Source: Octopus bimaculoides
Lineage: Eukaryota
Length of the DNA: 64,000 nucleotides
Assembly (NCBI RefSeq): GCF_001194135.2
Contig: NC_068981.1
Coordinates: forward strand, 123,306,740 to 123,370,739
Reading direction: 5' to 3'
Under the pieces are notes generated by a model, which was given only the letters and a program-made list of their open reading frames with translations, was not told the DNA's origin and did no database searches. A program made the position numbers and the translations under genes. The stretch's first letter is position 1, and each line of letters opens with the position of its first letter. Positions 1 to 11,261 of this stretch are shown here, one piece after another.

Positions 1-297
1 AGGCAGCCAGCAGTCTGAAAGCAGCGCCATCACTACTATCGACGTCCAGGACCACCAACTTACCTTCCGGATCCAGGAAGACTGCCCTTATTTTCAAGTC
101 TAGGCCTTTCCGAAATAGCACCGCAGTACCTCCACCGCCCGCTCCCGGCTGACACGGAGATAGGAAAATCTCGTACCCGCCAAAAAGGGCTGCGAGTTCC
201 TGCGGGTTGGAGAGCCTGGTTTCGCTAATGGCTGCTACATCTACACTGTAAGACCTCAGGTCGTTCAACAGGTGAAGGAATTCAGACAAAGTTCATG
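1..297 (-). mobile_element. Tx1/L1-clade non-LTR retrotransposon fragment, ORF2 apurinic-type endonuclease N-terminus (runs off the window edge)
   Basis: The minus strand translates to ...LLNDLRSYSVDVAAISETRLSNPQELAALFGGYEIFLSPCQPGAGGGGTAVLFRKGLDLKIRAVFLDPEGKLVVLDV. This has the EEP-family xxSETR and GGGTAVLF motifs and is homologous to 21720-21990 on the plus strand. Confidence 0.85.
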
Positions 298-391
298 TCT
301 CCTCATCGATATGACTGTCTTAGTCGACACAGATGTGTCAGTCAAGATCTGCCAAAAACTGAGCAAATATAAAGACCTTGAAACAGAAATT
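298..391 (+). mobile_element. R4/Dong-type LINE fragment, C-terminal restriction-like endonuclease
   Basis: Translates to LIDMTVLVDTDVSVKICQKLSKYKDLETEI, matching the ID..VP.D..V..K..EK..KY.DL..E pattern of RLE-bearing non-LTR elements. Confidence 0.75.
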
Positions 392-567
392 GTAACTGGG
401 CCCTATCAACAACGCCATGCGCAGTTTATCTTGATATGAGATCATTATTGCGTGCACATATAATTGAGTCACATGGTGTGTTCCTATCAGATGGGTATAT
501 TGGTCTTCAATGTTACTTTGAGGATGTATATTGCCCTCTCGCTCAATAATAATAATCGTGGGCATTG

Positions 568-800
568 TTTCCCTAAGAAGATATTGATCGGCTATACGTG
601 AAGATGGACGAATGTTAAATGCTGAGAATTCTGTGGATTTGGAGGTTACCAATTATTAAAAGTACACCCATAAAAGCAATAAAACGTTCATCAAGTCGGT
701 AAAAATGGAAATGTTCTTGGTAATAGGAAGGAGAAGGAACAAGTATAATATGAAAGGGAAAAATCCTAGCGAAACAAACATTTGCATGGCAAAGTTTTTG
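568..800 (+). mobile_element. R4/Dong-type LINE fragment, region downstream of the RT
   Basis: With frameshifts it reads DIDRLYVK..GRMLNAENSVDLEVTNY...EREKS*RNKHLHGK.F, which follows the R4-type order DRLY-GGRGL-W..K.LHG.F. Confidence 0.6.
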
Positions 801-2129
801 TAGTTACAGGTGAGTCTAGGGCGAAGTTTTACCCGAGTAAATCGAACCCGTTTCTTGATTATTACCCTATTATATCAACACCATGAAATATGATATACAA
901 AGTTGATCTGGGCAGGAAGTGAGCTCAAAACTTAATTTATAGTCTCACCCAACACACCGCTTGTTAATTGTGTATCTACGAAGGAGATCTCTCAATGACA
1001 TTCAGAAAATTGATCCTCTTATAATGAGAATTGCTCACAATTACAAATTGTTTTCCTATTAAATTGACAATTCAAAAGTAACATTAAGAATTTGTCTGAT
1101 TAATCTCCTTCTTTCCATGTTAAGAATATTAAACTTCTGACATTGATTGAGCTTCTGATGATGATACAAAATGATTAGATGTTTAATTATACACTGTGAT
1201 GATGTTTTCTCGCCAGCTGACAACTGAATCATACAAGGAGTGATCAAAGTCTGATTAAAGATGGTAGTACTGGATTTAACAGGTCGTTTTCGGATATTAA
1301 CTGAAAACATGTTGGATACTTTAGATCCATTCTTATGTTTAATCAATCATTGTCACAATAAAGCTACGGAATAGCATTAACTCTCCTTACTTCAATATAA
1401 TTTTGACAAGGGAATTTCTTAATATTTCACTTAAAGATTTTAATCAACATGTTTTCTTTTTTCTTCTTTTCATTCTTTATAAAAGGTGGAGAAATAAAAA
1501 TTGAATTGGCAAAATGAATTTTAGTGCAGTGTGATTTGAAGTGCAGTATCTGCAATTGTAAGGCTGAGTAGTTGTCAGAAAATCCTTGATTTCCCGTCAA
1601 AGGTTCTGTTAATAATGAAAATACTAAAGTGCCTTAAGTATATGATCCATTTCCTTCAAAATACAACAGGTTAAAAAAATAAACCGCTCTAGGCAGCGGC
1701 TGCACAAGCACAGCGTAACATCACCAGCGCTTTCTACTTGTTGAATAATGATAAGAAGCAAAATGAATATATAAACGTTAGTTGATTTATCTACTACAAC
1801 TATAGTAATATTGCTATTTCACAAGTGATCAAATATTAATCTAAGCCATTGCTCGTCAACGCCCATTTTCGGACGATTCAAGACTTAAACTTAAATCTAC
1901 ATGTGATGAAGCGGCTACAGATAAGAGACAATCCGTTTGTCTGTATCCAGGCGTATAATATAGTAGTGGATTCTGCAGTCATAAATTTTTGCTGAACAAC
2001 CATTACAGAGGATTTGTTCACAGTGATCAAATATTTGCGCTGTATATTAGCTTATTCCGTCCCTCAGATCGATATTGCCTCTATGAGTGTACAATACTGC
2101 ACATATTCCACACGTCCGATGTCCAAGTA

Positions 2130-2250
2130 TACTCACAACTGTGAAATGAAGTGTTTTGCTCAAGAACACAACGCACCACCGGTCATGGAATGGAAATCAC
2201 GACCTTATTATCATGAGCGCGATCGCCTAATCACGAGAACCAAATGCTAA
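2130..2250 (-). mobile_element. Degenerate tRNA-derived SINE 5' part with CORE-like segment
   Basis: The minus strand has a decayed tRNA-like head followed by GTTGTGTTCTTGAGCAAAACACTTCATTTCAC, homologous to the element at 8770-9082. Confidence 0.55.
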
Positions 2251-3284
2251 GAAACTCTCTATTGTATATCTGTTTCTATTGTCGTAAGAGTTTCTAATCA
2301 CTTATTTACATGACATGAAGGATTATACTGTCTATTAATATGAATCGCTAATTTTTCCCATTTTTTAAAAAATATAACCTAACTCTGCTTTCATCGCGAT
2401 AGATAGAGCATTTTGCTGTAGAGTTCTTGTTCTTAGTTCATGCGTCCAACCAAAATGAATTCCATCTTAGTGTGTCTGAGAGAATTATACGAATTAATAG
2501 GTCACTATTTTGAAAGTACCCTATTCTTGAATAAGAATCTTATTCTATTAGGCCTCTGTCATACGGTCGACAATAAATGATCATGAAGTTATCTCTCTTT
2601 TGAATAAATTCCAAATGATTCAACTTCTATAGTTTCTGTTGTAAAAATTGAGATTTTTTTGTTACTCGTTGCTATATATTTTCGATACTCTATGTGTGTA
2701 TGCTGGGAATCTTTAACGTCTGCCATGTTCTGAACAATGGTGACATGTGCATTAATACAATATGCAGTTTGATTGAATTTACCATACACTCGTCATTCTA
2801 TTTCCGATTTCTATAGGCTATTATCATTTCGTATTAGTCCTATTTTATTGTCGGCCATATCAATCTCTAGTCTATAACATCGTAAGTTTTATTACATAGA
2901 CGTTTTATTGAAATTATTACTTACATTTTTTGCGTGAAGATGTTCCAAGCAAACTGTTTTCGCAGTATATATTTAATGTGATAATATTCTAATTATTCTA
3001 GTTAAGTAAATCTAGATTTAGAATGATAGATATATCTACTCAGAATCCGCATATAATTCTATCAACATCTAGATATCTATTGATGCGTTCAACAGTCTAT
3101 GCCATTATGCATCTCGGTGGTTACATCTTTCTTTGTGTATGTAAGATTTAATTTAGATTAGGTCAATTAGAGTGAGGTTAAATCAAATTTAACACTGATT
3201 GAGTTAGGCGATTCATGAATAACAATATACATGAAGGTTTGAATGCATATTGTAAATGTGCGTTAGTTTTGTTTGCAATATTTC

Positions 3285-3345
3285 TTTGTTGTTGTTGTTG
3301 TTGCTGCTGCTGTTGTTATTTTTGTTGTTTGCTATATTTTTGTTG
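3285..3345. repeat. (TTG)n/(TGC)n trinucleotide microsatellite
   Basis: Seen directly; it is the source of the poly-Cys in ORF 3215-3397. Confidence 0.9.
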
Positions 3346-4889
3346 TGCTACTGTGTTGAGATTTGCGAATAATTCAAGGTTACATATTAAAACCTAATCT
3401 CGAAAAAGTGCAATACAATCATAACTGTTTACAAGACTGGCTGAAGATATGTATGTATGCTCGAATGTATTACGAAGAAACAACTTGCAACTTCTTCGTC
3501 AGTTACAAGACTTCTAACGAAGATATGAAACCAGATCGATTACAGCTTATTAATAAAATATCTAATAGAGTTCAACAAGTACATTGAATATTTTTGTAAA
3601 TGCTATGTATGATGTAAAATTACTTTATAAACCTACCTCATTTAAGAAAAAAGGTTCAAAGAACGAAGATTTATTAATTGCACCTTCACATATATCATAA
3701 TTGGTTAAACTTTGACAACACTTTGTATCAGAGACGTTATTTCTACATTTAAATCTTATGATTCATTGGAAGTTATGAAAACATTAAAGCTTGATTAAAT
3801 TGTTGCTAATATTGAAAATAAACTTTTATCTATTCTTCAAAATTCATATTGTCTATGCAGGTGAATAAATCTACTGTTGCAGATAATAATACTTTATTAA
3901 TTGCATATGGGTGGTCATTTGAGTAAAACAGCATATTGCTAGACGAAAGCGATTCCTTACAAATCTTATTAGAGATACAAAAAGAGTGTCAATACATATT
4001 AATATAAGATCATAACATCCGAAATAATGATATCTGCTTCAGCAATATTGTCGCATTGTATTGATGCAGCATCATAAGTGATGACTGTCTATCGAAGTCT
4101 CGTTGCAGTTTTGAAGGAAGGGGTTCCCCAAAAGTTTGTGCATTCATTGTGTAGTTTATAGCCAATATATGTAGGGACACGTTTGAGTACAAATCTGCAC
4201 TCAACGTTAAGCATAATATTTATGTAAAGGACATCAAATTTAATGTTAAAAATGATAAGATCTTTCGACGAATGTGTTATCACAATGATGGGGAAATATT
4301 AGATTACTACTGCACACATAGTTGATTCGCCGTCAGAAGGTGAATATTTAATTCACTTCGTTGATGGAAATATAATTAATGAAATTCGGTTTGGACACTG
4401 CCAACAATTAAAAACAGTAGATATGATTCTGGTAATTTAAGAGACATATTCAAAGAGTTTAATGGGGTTAACATGCAGATCCAAGGAACCAAATTACCTT
4501 TCAATAAATTTCAAAATGATTGTTTCATTATTCATAGAAAATTTTACATTCTATGTTATCATGTTCTAAAAAGAGAATTCAGACAATTTGTTGGAATTAT
4601 AGTCAACTTAGCCTTATTTGCAACTAGAAGAGATTGAAATGTTCAGTAGTTACTTCATTCAACTCAAATTTCGTAAGGAGAATGATTCAGTGATATTTTC
4701 AACTTGAGGGCATAAAAGTGGATGAGAATTCATATAATGCAGGTACTGCTGGTGCTAAAATTATATATCAAAAATTAACTATTACTTAAGTATGTTGATG
4801 AAAACAAATGCCTGTTCTGCAGTAGTAGAAATACAAAGACATACAGAGATTTATAGAAATTAATTTTTTTTTTAATGGCTTACTCTATC

Positions 4890-5276
4890 TTTTGTTCTCA
4901 ATTAGTTTCAGTTATTAGATTGTGGCCAAGCTGGGGAAACACCTGAAGGAAATTTTAATCGAATAAATCAACACCAGGACTTATTTATTGCTCAGCTTGG
5001 TACTTTTCCTAGCGATCTCTTTTGCCGAATCACTATGTTACCAACACCGGTTGATAACCAACACCGGTTATCAGGCGTTACTAGGGATCAAACACAGACA
5101 CAAAGACACACACACACACATCTATATATATTAACGACGGGCTTCTTTCAGTTTCCGTCTACCAAATACACTCACGAGGCTATGATAGAAGACACTTGCC
5201 CAAGGCGCCATGCAGTGGACTGAACCCGGAAACATTTGTTTGGGAAGCAAGATTCTTACCACAGAACCACACCAGC
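4890..5276 (-). mobile_element. tRNA-derived SINE (family A: CORE-like CCTTGGGCAAG, internal microsatellite)
   Basis: Homologous along its length to 35530-35970 (cttgcccaagg, gtttccgtcta, acgacggg, tail ending ...ctggggaaacacc). It has an internal (CA)n(TA)n tract and a 17-bp tandem duplication, accaacaccggtt x2, near 5040-5070. Confidence 0.85.
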
Positions 5277-5974
5277 TCTTATATCCAACCATTTAAAAAA
5301 TACCTAATTCACTAGTCATTTCCTGACTTCGTATATTATAGAATCACGTTTTATTCCTGTAGATCATATTATTACTAAGCAGAGAATTTGCGTGAATTTC
5401 GCTTGTTTCTTACCTGAATAGAAGCTGGTTTACAAAAGAATGTTTTTTAGCATTTGGATCTAGAACATAATGGCAGGTAAATTCAATATATGTCCTTGAG
5501 TTGTGTAGATTATTTCAAGGGCAATTAAAGCAATTTTATTGCATTCTGTTGGGTATGCAAATCTTTTAGTTAAAATTTAAAGGACAATAGGAAATCGATG
5601 TTATTTTATTCAAAGGTTGATGATCACTGGTTTACGTGATATATCTCTATGACTGAACTAAAATATTTATCAATGGAGGTATTAAAATACTATGTTAAAA
5701 CTAATAAAAGGTTGGTCTCTTCTGGAGTGAGTTCATCATCGATCACAATTTGAAGTTTCGAGTTCGTAATGTTCAAAGGTAATTACGAAATTAATCCGTG
5801 ACAATAAGTTTAAGATGCCAGAAGGCATATTCAAATATAAGACTAAAAGCTAATGAAATACTCATTTTTTACAGTTATCCCAATTTCAAGTTAGATATTT
5901 TCATTGTACAAGACTTATATCTACGAAAGTGATTATAGCTACGAAAGCGGTTGAACATATGCTCTAGAGATCTA

Positions 5975-6960
5975 GCTACTCCTAACTCACTACTTCTTCC
6001 CTTACTTTCTTTAACCATACTGCATCTCCATTATGATTGACTGGCTTATCTCAAATACTACTCCAGAACTTTCTAGCTTCTTATGCATTAGGTTTCTCAT
6101 CTTCAGTACTTCGTTCTCCACTATTTATTTGGTTATAAAATTTCTTCTGGCCTGTCTCAAATAATCTATCCTGTTGATACTGATCTATTCTTTTCTGATA
6201 TCTAATCTTCTTATGATGACTGCCCCTCTGGCATAGATCAGTAAATTAGTGCTTCCTATATTTTTAGCATGTGTCCTAATGATAACAGAATCTACTTTCC
6301 TAGTCATTTCTAGCAGCTTCCTTTTCTTGATGCCTTTTAATATTGGCAATATTGTTCTTACTTCTTTTACTCATTGCTTCTTACAACTCATCTAAAATCT
6401 TCTGATCTTCCTCACTTAAGTCGCTGGTGCCAGTTGTCCCTTCGTTATTGGTAGTGTTATTATTAGTTTTTCCTTTAGGTTCTTCTTTGGTTTGAGTCGT
6501 ATCTCTTATGTTTTTCTTTGCCTTGCTTACTGCCTGGTTTTCCTTTTCCAGTTTTTGTGATCTCTGTTACATCCAATTCTGTCATCCACTCTTTTTCTTC
6601 TAATAGTACTAACTTGATCTACTAATCTCTGCTCAGTCACTTTAAACATGTTCGTCTCTACCCAATGTGTTAGCATCCATTTTCGATAGCCCTTACATTT
6701 AGGTTCACTTTCTAAGTAGCACCGCATCACTATCATGTTTTCTTCGTTGGTCCAATTCCTCCTCCTTACTCTATTACCTGCCGATGCTGTATTAGGATAC
6801 AGTAAAGATGCAGACTGACTCTGGTCAGTCTGCACCTTTACTGAACCACTACTGAGCGAGAGGCCTTCTTCTTCATTTTGGGGGTATTTACAGTACGAGT
6901 TTATCCCTGTATGTTTTTGGAGGAGTGTTGCATTGTAGTGTGTGTAAATCATAAATCGAC
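5975..6960 (-). mobile_element. R4/Dong-type LINE 5' coding remnant (N-terminal domain to pre-RT region)
   Basis: ORF 6527-6952 contains RRRNWTNEENMIVMRCYLESEPKCKGYRKWMLTHW...EQRLVDQV. Further 3' (about 6000-6110), EKPNA*EARKFWSSI*DKPVNHNGDAVWLKKVREE is homologous to 57630-57740. There are multiple stops and frameshifts. Confidence 0.8.
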
Positions 6961-7524
6961 TATTTCTTAGTAACTATGATTATCTCTCTAGCGTGTTTTC
7001 TTTTGTGGTTGGTTTTGTTATGGTTTCGTTTTTACAGCGTTTACATTTTTAACTGAACACCACCCATGGATATGTGTTGATGTTACTTTCGTAGATATAA
7101 TTATTATTGATGTATCAGCGAGAGAAAGATAAGAAACAGCAATGTGCATGTATAGAGAGGTTTTGTATAAATATGGATGTAAATGTGATTGAAATTTGTA
7201 ATTTAAAATTTTATAATTTTACTCACAGGTTTGAAGTTTTCCGATATAATTATTGCAGTGTTTACATTTTACGCACGTGTTGTCTAAGGGGAAGCTATGT
7301 TGTGTGTAAGTGTATATATNNNNNNNNNNNNNNNNNNNNNNNNNNNNNNNNNNNNNNNNNNNNNNNNNNNNNNNNNNNNNNNNNNNNNNNNNNNNNNNNN
7401 NNNNNNNNNNNNNNNNNNNNNNNNNNNNNNNNNNNNNNNNNNNNNNNNNNNNNNNNNNNNNNNNNNNNNNNNNNNNNNNNNNNNNNNNNNNNNNNTATAT
7501 ATATATTCCATATATTATTATTTT

Positions 7525-7526
<2 letters not shown>

Positions 7527-7588
<62 letters not shown>

Positions 7589-7606
7589 CCATCATTATTA
7601 TTATTA
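7527..7606. repeat. (CAT)n then (TAT)n microsatellite
   Basis: Seen directly, adjacent to gap 7320-7495. Confidence 0.95.
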
Positions 7607-8769
7607 TACTTCTTTAAACAAGTACATTCAATATAGTTTAAAAGATACCGTTGCCTGAATCTAAAAAAGATCCGAGCTATAACTGGAATGCATTTCAATA
7701 GCATTTGTGAGTTAGATATGGAAATGGCAAGAGTTCACTCTATTTAAATATAAATATATACCTTGTAGTTGTATATCGTTGTCTTGTTAGCATAGGTAAT
7801 ATTGTAAAGTATATAAATGCTTATTTAGCTCTCATTGGCGAATTAAAGCGCATTAGACATCTCACATATAAAAGGGATAGAGTGGGGTAGGGATTTGTAA
7901 AAATCAACAGCATCAATCTTTTACACGAATGGAATTACTGTGAGTTTTAAGTACACTTTGATTTGAAACTTACTGAATAAAGTGTCCTCACTTGATATAT
8001 TCTAATACGGAGACTATAACGAAAATTATGCGGAAGAAGGCCTCTTATTAAATCATTCTGAAAGCAGAATAATATTATGGTTCAAAAGATTTTATTAGGA
8101 TATAAGGTGATTTAGTTATTCAAAATTTTATATATTTACACATGGTGGTATATGCTCCTACGATTGTTCGTTCATGTATGTGGATATGTCTTCGTATGTC
8201 ATATTGATGTGTCTACGACCGTGTATAATGCAGGAGCTTAAGGCAAAGTAATAATCTATACAACATATATTTTTATCTTATCGTGTATTCTTTTTTGATA
8301 GTGGCTTTTTACTATAATTCCGTTTTGATCTAAAGCTTTGGAATTTTATCGATAGAAAAGTGAAGTCATATGCAGCCGAATATGTTCTGCGAATAGTTAA
8401 GATTCTTTTAATAAATAATTGATTCTCAATAAAAGTATATTGATTTGCTTTCTTGTACAGGTGGACACATCGAAATGGCTATGTAATGGCATTTCTTTTT
8501 ATAGAAACATCAACAGAAACTTATTTACAGCAATCGTTCTTAAATAGTATCAACTTCGTTGTAATATTGTATTACTATGCTGTTTTCACAACTACAGGCT
8601 CAAGCTATTGATTACTCAATATATCATTAAACATATACTAGCCCCTATTTTAACTTCTCTGTTTCATATTCCTCACCACCATTTCAAGCCAATTAGTAAA
8701 CACTATACTGAATCCTTTCCAGAGACATTATAGTTAACAATTTATTCTGTATGCTACAACGGTTAACTG

Positions 8770-9082
8770 AATGACCATGGAATTACACTGAGAAAGTTCT
8801 CCTCCGCGGCTCAAGTCCAGGCAAGGTTGTTTAAGAAAGACCAGCAGTAGCCCATGTATACTGCCTCCCCTCTCCATGCCACCGATGTTATCCAAGGGAA
8901 ACGCAAAGTCCGATATAGATTGGCACCAGTGACGTCACAACTTTTTTCTACAGCTGAGTGAGCTGGATCAACGTGAAAAAAAGGCTCTTACTCAAAAACA
9001 CAACACACAGCCTAGTGCGAGGATCGATATCACTACCTCAGGATTGTGAGTCCGATGCTCTAACCACTGAACCATGCACCAT
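8770..9082 (-). mobile_element. tRNA-derived SINE (family B, CORE-like)
   Basis: The minus strand starts GGTGCATGGTTCAGTGGTTAGAGCATCGG (A-box/D-arm-like), followed by a decayed B-box, then GTTGTGTTTTTGAGTAAGAGCC..TTTCACGTTGATCCAGCTCACTCAGCTGTAGAAA. Confidence 0.8.
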
Positions 9083-10714
9083 CTGTAATTTGTATGCTAA
9101 GATGTAGTTAATTGATCACATCGGCCACAGACATTTGAAACGTTGCTTACAATTGTAAGCAAATACATTTGAGTTATCATAATAATTTCTTTAAGAGATG
9201 CTATAAAAATATATTTCCCATGTCTTCGGATATCTATTCAACCGAAGCATTTCAGTTGCCTACGAGAGGTGGAATTTTCATTTCTCTAAACACCACAAGG
9301 AAACATTGTACTGTAACTAGTGAAGTTTATATGCTTCAGTAAGAAGATCCAGCACTCATAATGGAAAGGTGACATCGATGTAGTGAAATACAAGTGCAAA
9401 TAGAATATAGGTAAGTAGGAATGAAATCAAGTATTAGGAAGGAATTGGTGAACATATAATTGCATCTAATAAATGGGATTCAGTATAAGTACAATGCGCA
9501 AAGAAAAGGAGATAAATAGAGTCGGCAAATGAATAACATTTCATTGTAGTACATTTTGATAAGTAGAGCGGCTTATTGTTTCAGTTACAGTATTTTTAAG
9601 TCGTTGAGAAATATTTAAACTGTGGATGCAAATGCATCACCATTATGCACTGAATGTTTTACGTTGAAGGAGGATATCTGCTGCATACGATTTCATGTGA
9701 ATAGAAACATCTCGTTAATCTAGAGCTAAGGAATATTGTGGAGATATAACCAAAGTAAATGAGGTGGTTATACAATGTTGCTTGAAATAGCAACAAAGCA
9801 AATTGACAGGGTGCAAGATATAAGAGATGACCACCACCCAGTGCAAGCAATGTCACATTACGGCTGCCGCAAACAACTTCTATGGCAAACCTACAGGTTG
9901 TTGTCAATAAGAATGAAAGAGAAAAAAGATTTGGAAAGTAAAGCTTAAATCTTTAAAATTTAAATCGGTGTAAGTTCATTCAAATATTAACAGATTTAAA
10001 GCTATCTTAAATTTCTAACTGAAGCACTATGTCGCATGTTTTTAGAGTTTGGAGTAGATTCCAGAGTGCTAGAAAATTATTTGACAAAATGTAGTGTCAC
10101 TATTAGTACACATGAAATTATAAGGCTAAAGAGCGTGTGAATTTTTGCAATTGGCTGTTAGACGAGTAGACGCGTAGGATTCATAGCAGGAATTTATGAG
10201 GGCTTCGCAATGTATATTTTATTATGAGAGAATTATATCTATTTTGAATTTGGAAACTCGAGAACAAGCTTGGATGTCAAATACTCCCTTGATGAGGAAT
10301 ATGCTTCCAGTGCTCATAGATACTCATATTAACTTATTTTTTCGGAGATTCACAGGAATATTTCATTCACAAATGAATGTAATATAACATGTATGTTATC
10401 TACAAACTTCATCTTGAAAATGGGAATACGCGATGTCTAAAACTCTAAAAATAACATTATGGTCTGATAAGAAGGCAGATTGCAAGCTATTTCATTCATT
10501 AATTAATTGAACATTGTGCAGATTTATATAATTTTTATGTGTTTAGCGTTCAAATAGTTCTACCAGCCAATCGAAACGATCGAAACAGGGAATAAATTTA
10601 TGCAACAACTTCGTCATCATTTGATTCGTCTGATTGCAATCATACACTATGATATATGCACCAATCAAGATATTGAGGTTTTCCCAGGATTTCTGCAGTC
10701 CCCACATTCTCTCT

Positions 10715-10845
10715 ACATGTGTGTATGTTTCTGACTCACTCTCTGTATCTCTCTCTTTCTCTTCTCTTTCTCTCTAACTTTCACACACATATGCAAACAC
10801 ACTCACACACACGCACATACACACGCACGCGCACATGCACACATG

Positions 10846-10891
<46 letters not shown>
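10715..10891. repeat. (CT)n/(CA)n compound microsatellite leading into gap 10892-10969
   Basis: Seen directly. Confidence 0.95.
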
Positions 10892-10999
10892 NNNNNNNNN
10901 NNNNNNNNNNNNNNNNNNNNNNNNNNNNNNNNNNNNNNNNNNNNNNNNNNNNNNNNNNNNNNNNNNNNNATATACATATATAACAACACATGGATAATG

Positions 11000-11150
11000 T
11001 TATTTACATTATTTACGGATTTTTGTCCTCATCTTGTTTGTTGTTAACACAACGTTGCGGCTGATATACCCTCCGCCCTTCATCAGGTATCTTCGGGAAA
11101 TTTCGAAACAGGGTTTTTTTTCGATGTTATTATTATTATTATTATTATTA

Positions 11151-11219
<69 letters not shown>

Positions 11220-11261
11220 TCACTGCTTGGAATCGAACTCGAACGCCATATGCCCACGGGC
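11000..11261 (-). mobile_element. Short tRNA-headed retroelement with (AAT)n spacer and a Penelope-type hammerhead tail (internally deleted copy)
   Basis: Minus strand, in order: GCCCGTGGGCATATGGCG, B-box GAGTTCGATTCC (11241-11230), GCAGTGACCTG, about 30 AAT units, AACATCGAAAA, a CTGATGA...GCAACGTT hammerhead-like core, and an AT-rich tail. Confidence 0.65.
11046..11092 (-). ncRNA. Degenerate minimal type I hammerhead ribozyme (probably inactive copy)
   Basis: Minus strand reads GATAC-CTGATGA-A-GGGCG-GAGGGTATAT-CAGCC-GCAAC-GTT-GTGTT. Stem I GATAC/GTGTT is 5 bp with 2 GU pairs. The CUGAUGA core is intact, stem II is damaged, GAAA has changed to GCAA, and stem III is the loopless palindrome AACGTT. 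Confidence 0.6.

Noticed and set aside
705-815. Apparent short-chain dehydrogenase exon (NKHLHGKVFVVTG followed by a perfect CAG|GTGAGT donor)
   Set aside because: There is an in-frame TAG at 767-769 and no good acceptor. The same bases are explained better as the W..K.LHG.F motif of the R4-type LINE remnant, which is colinear with DIDRLYVK at about 580. No downstream SDR exons were found.
8440-8560. Strong acceptor-like TTTCTTGTACAG followed by GGH...GY, tempting as an SDR exon 2
   Set aside because: It needs at least two frameshifts and several substitutions to resemble TGxxxGxG, and the supposed exon 1 was rejected.
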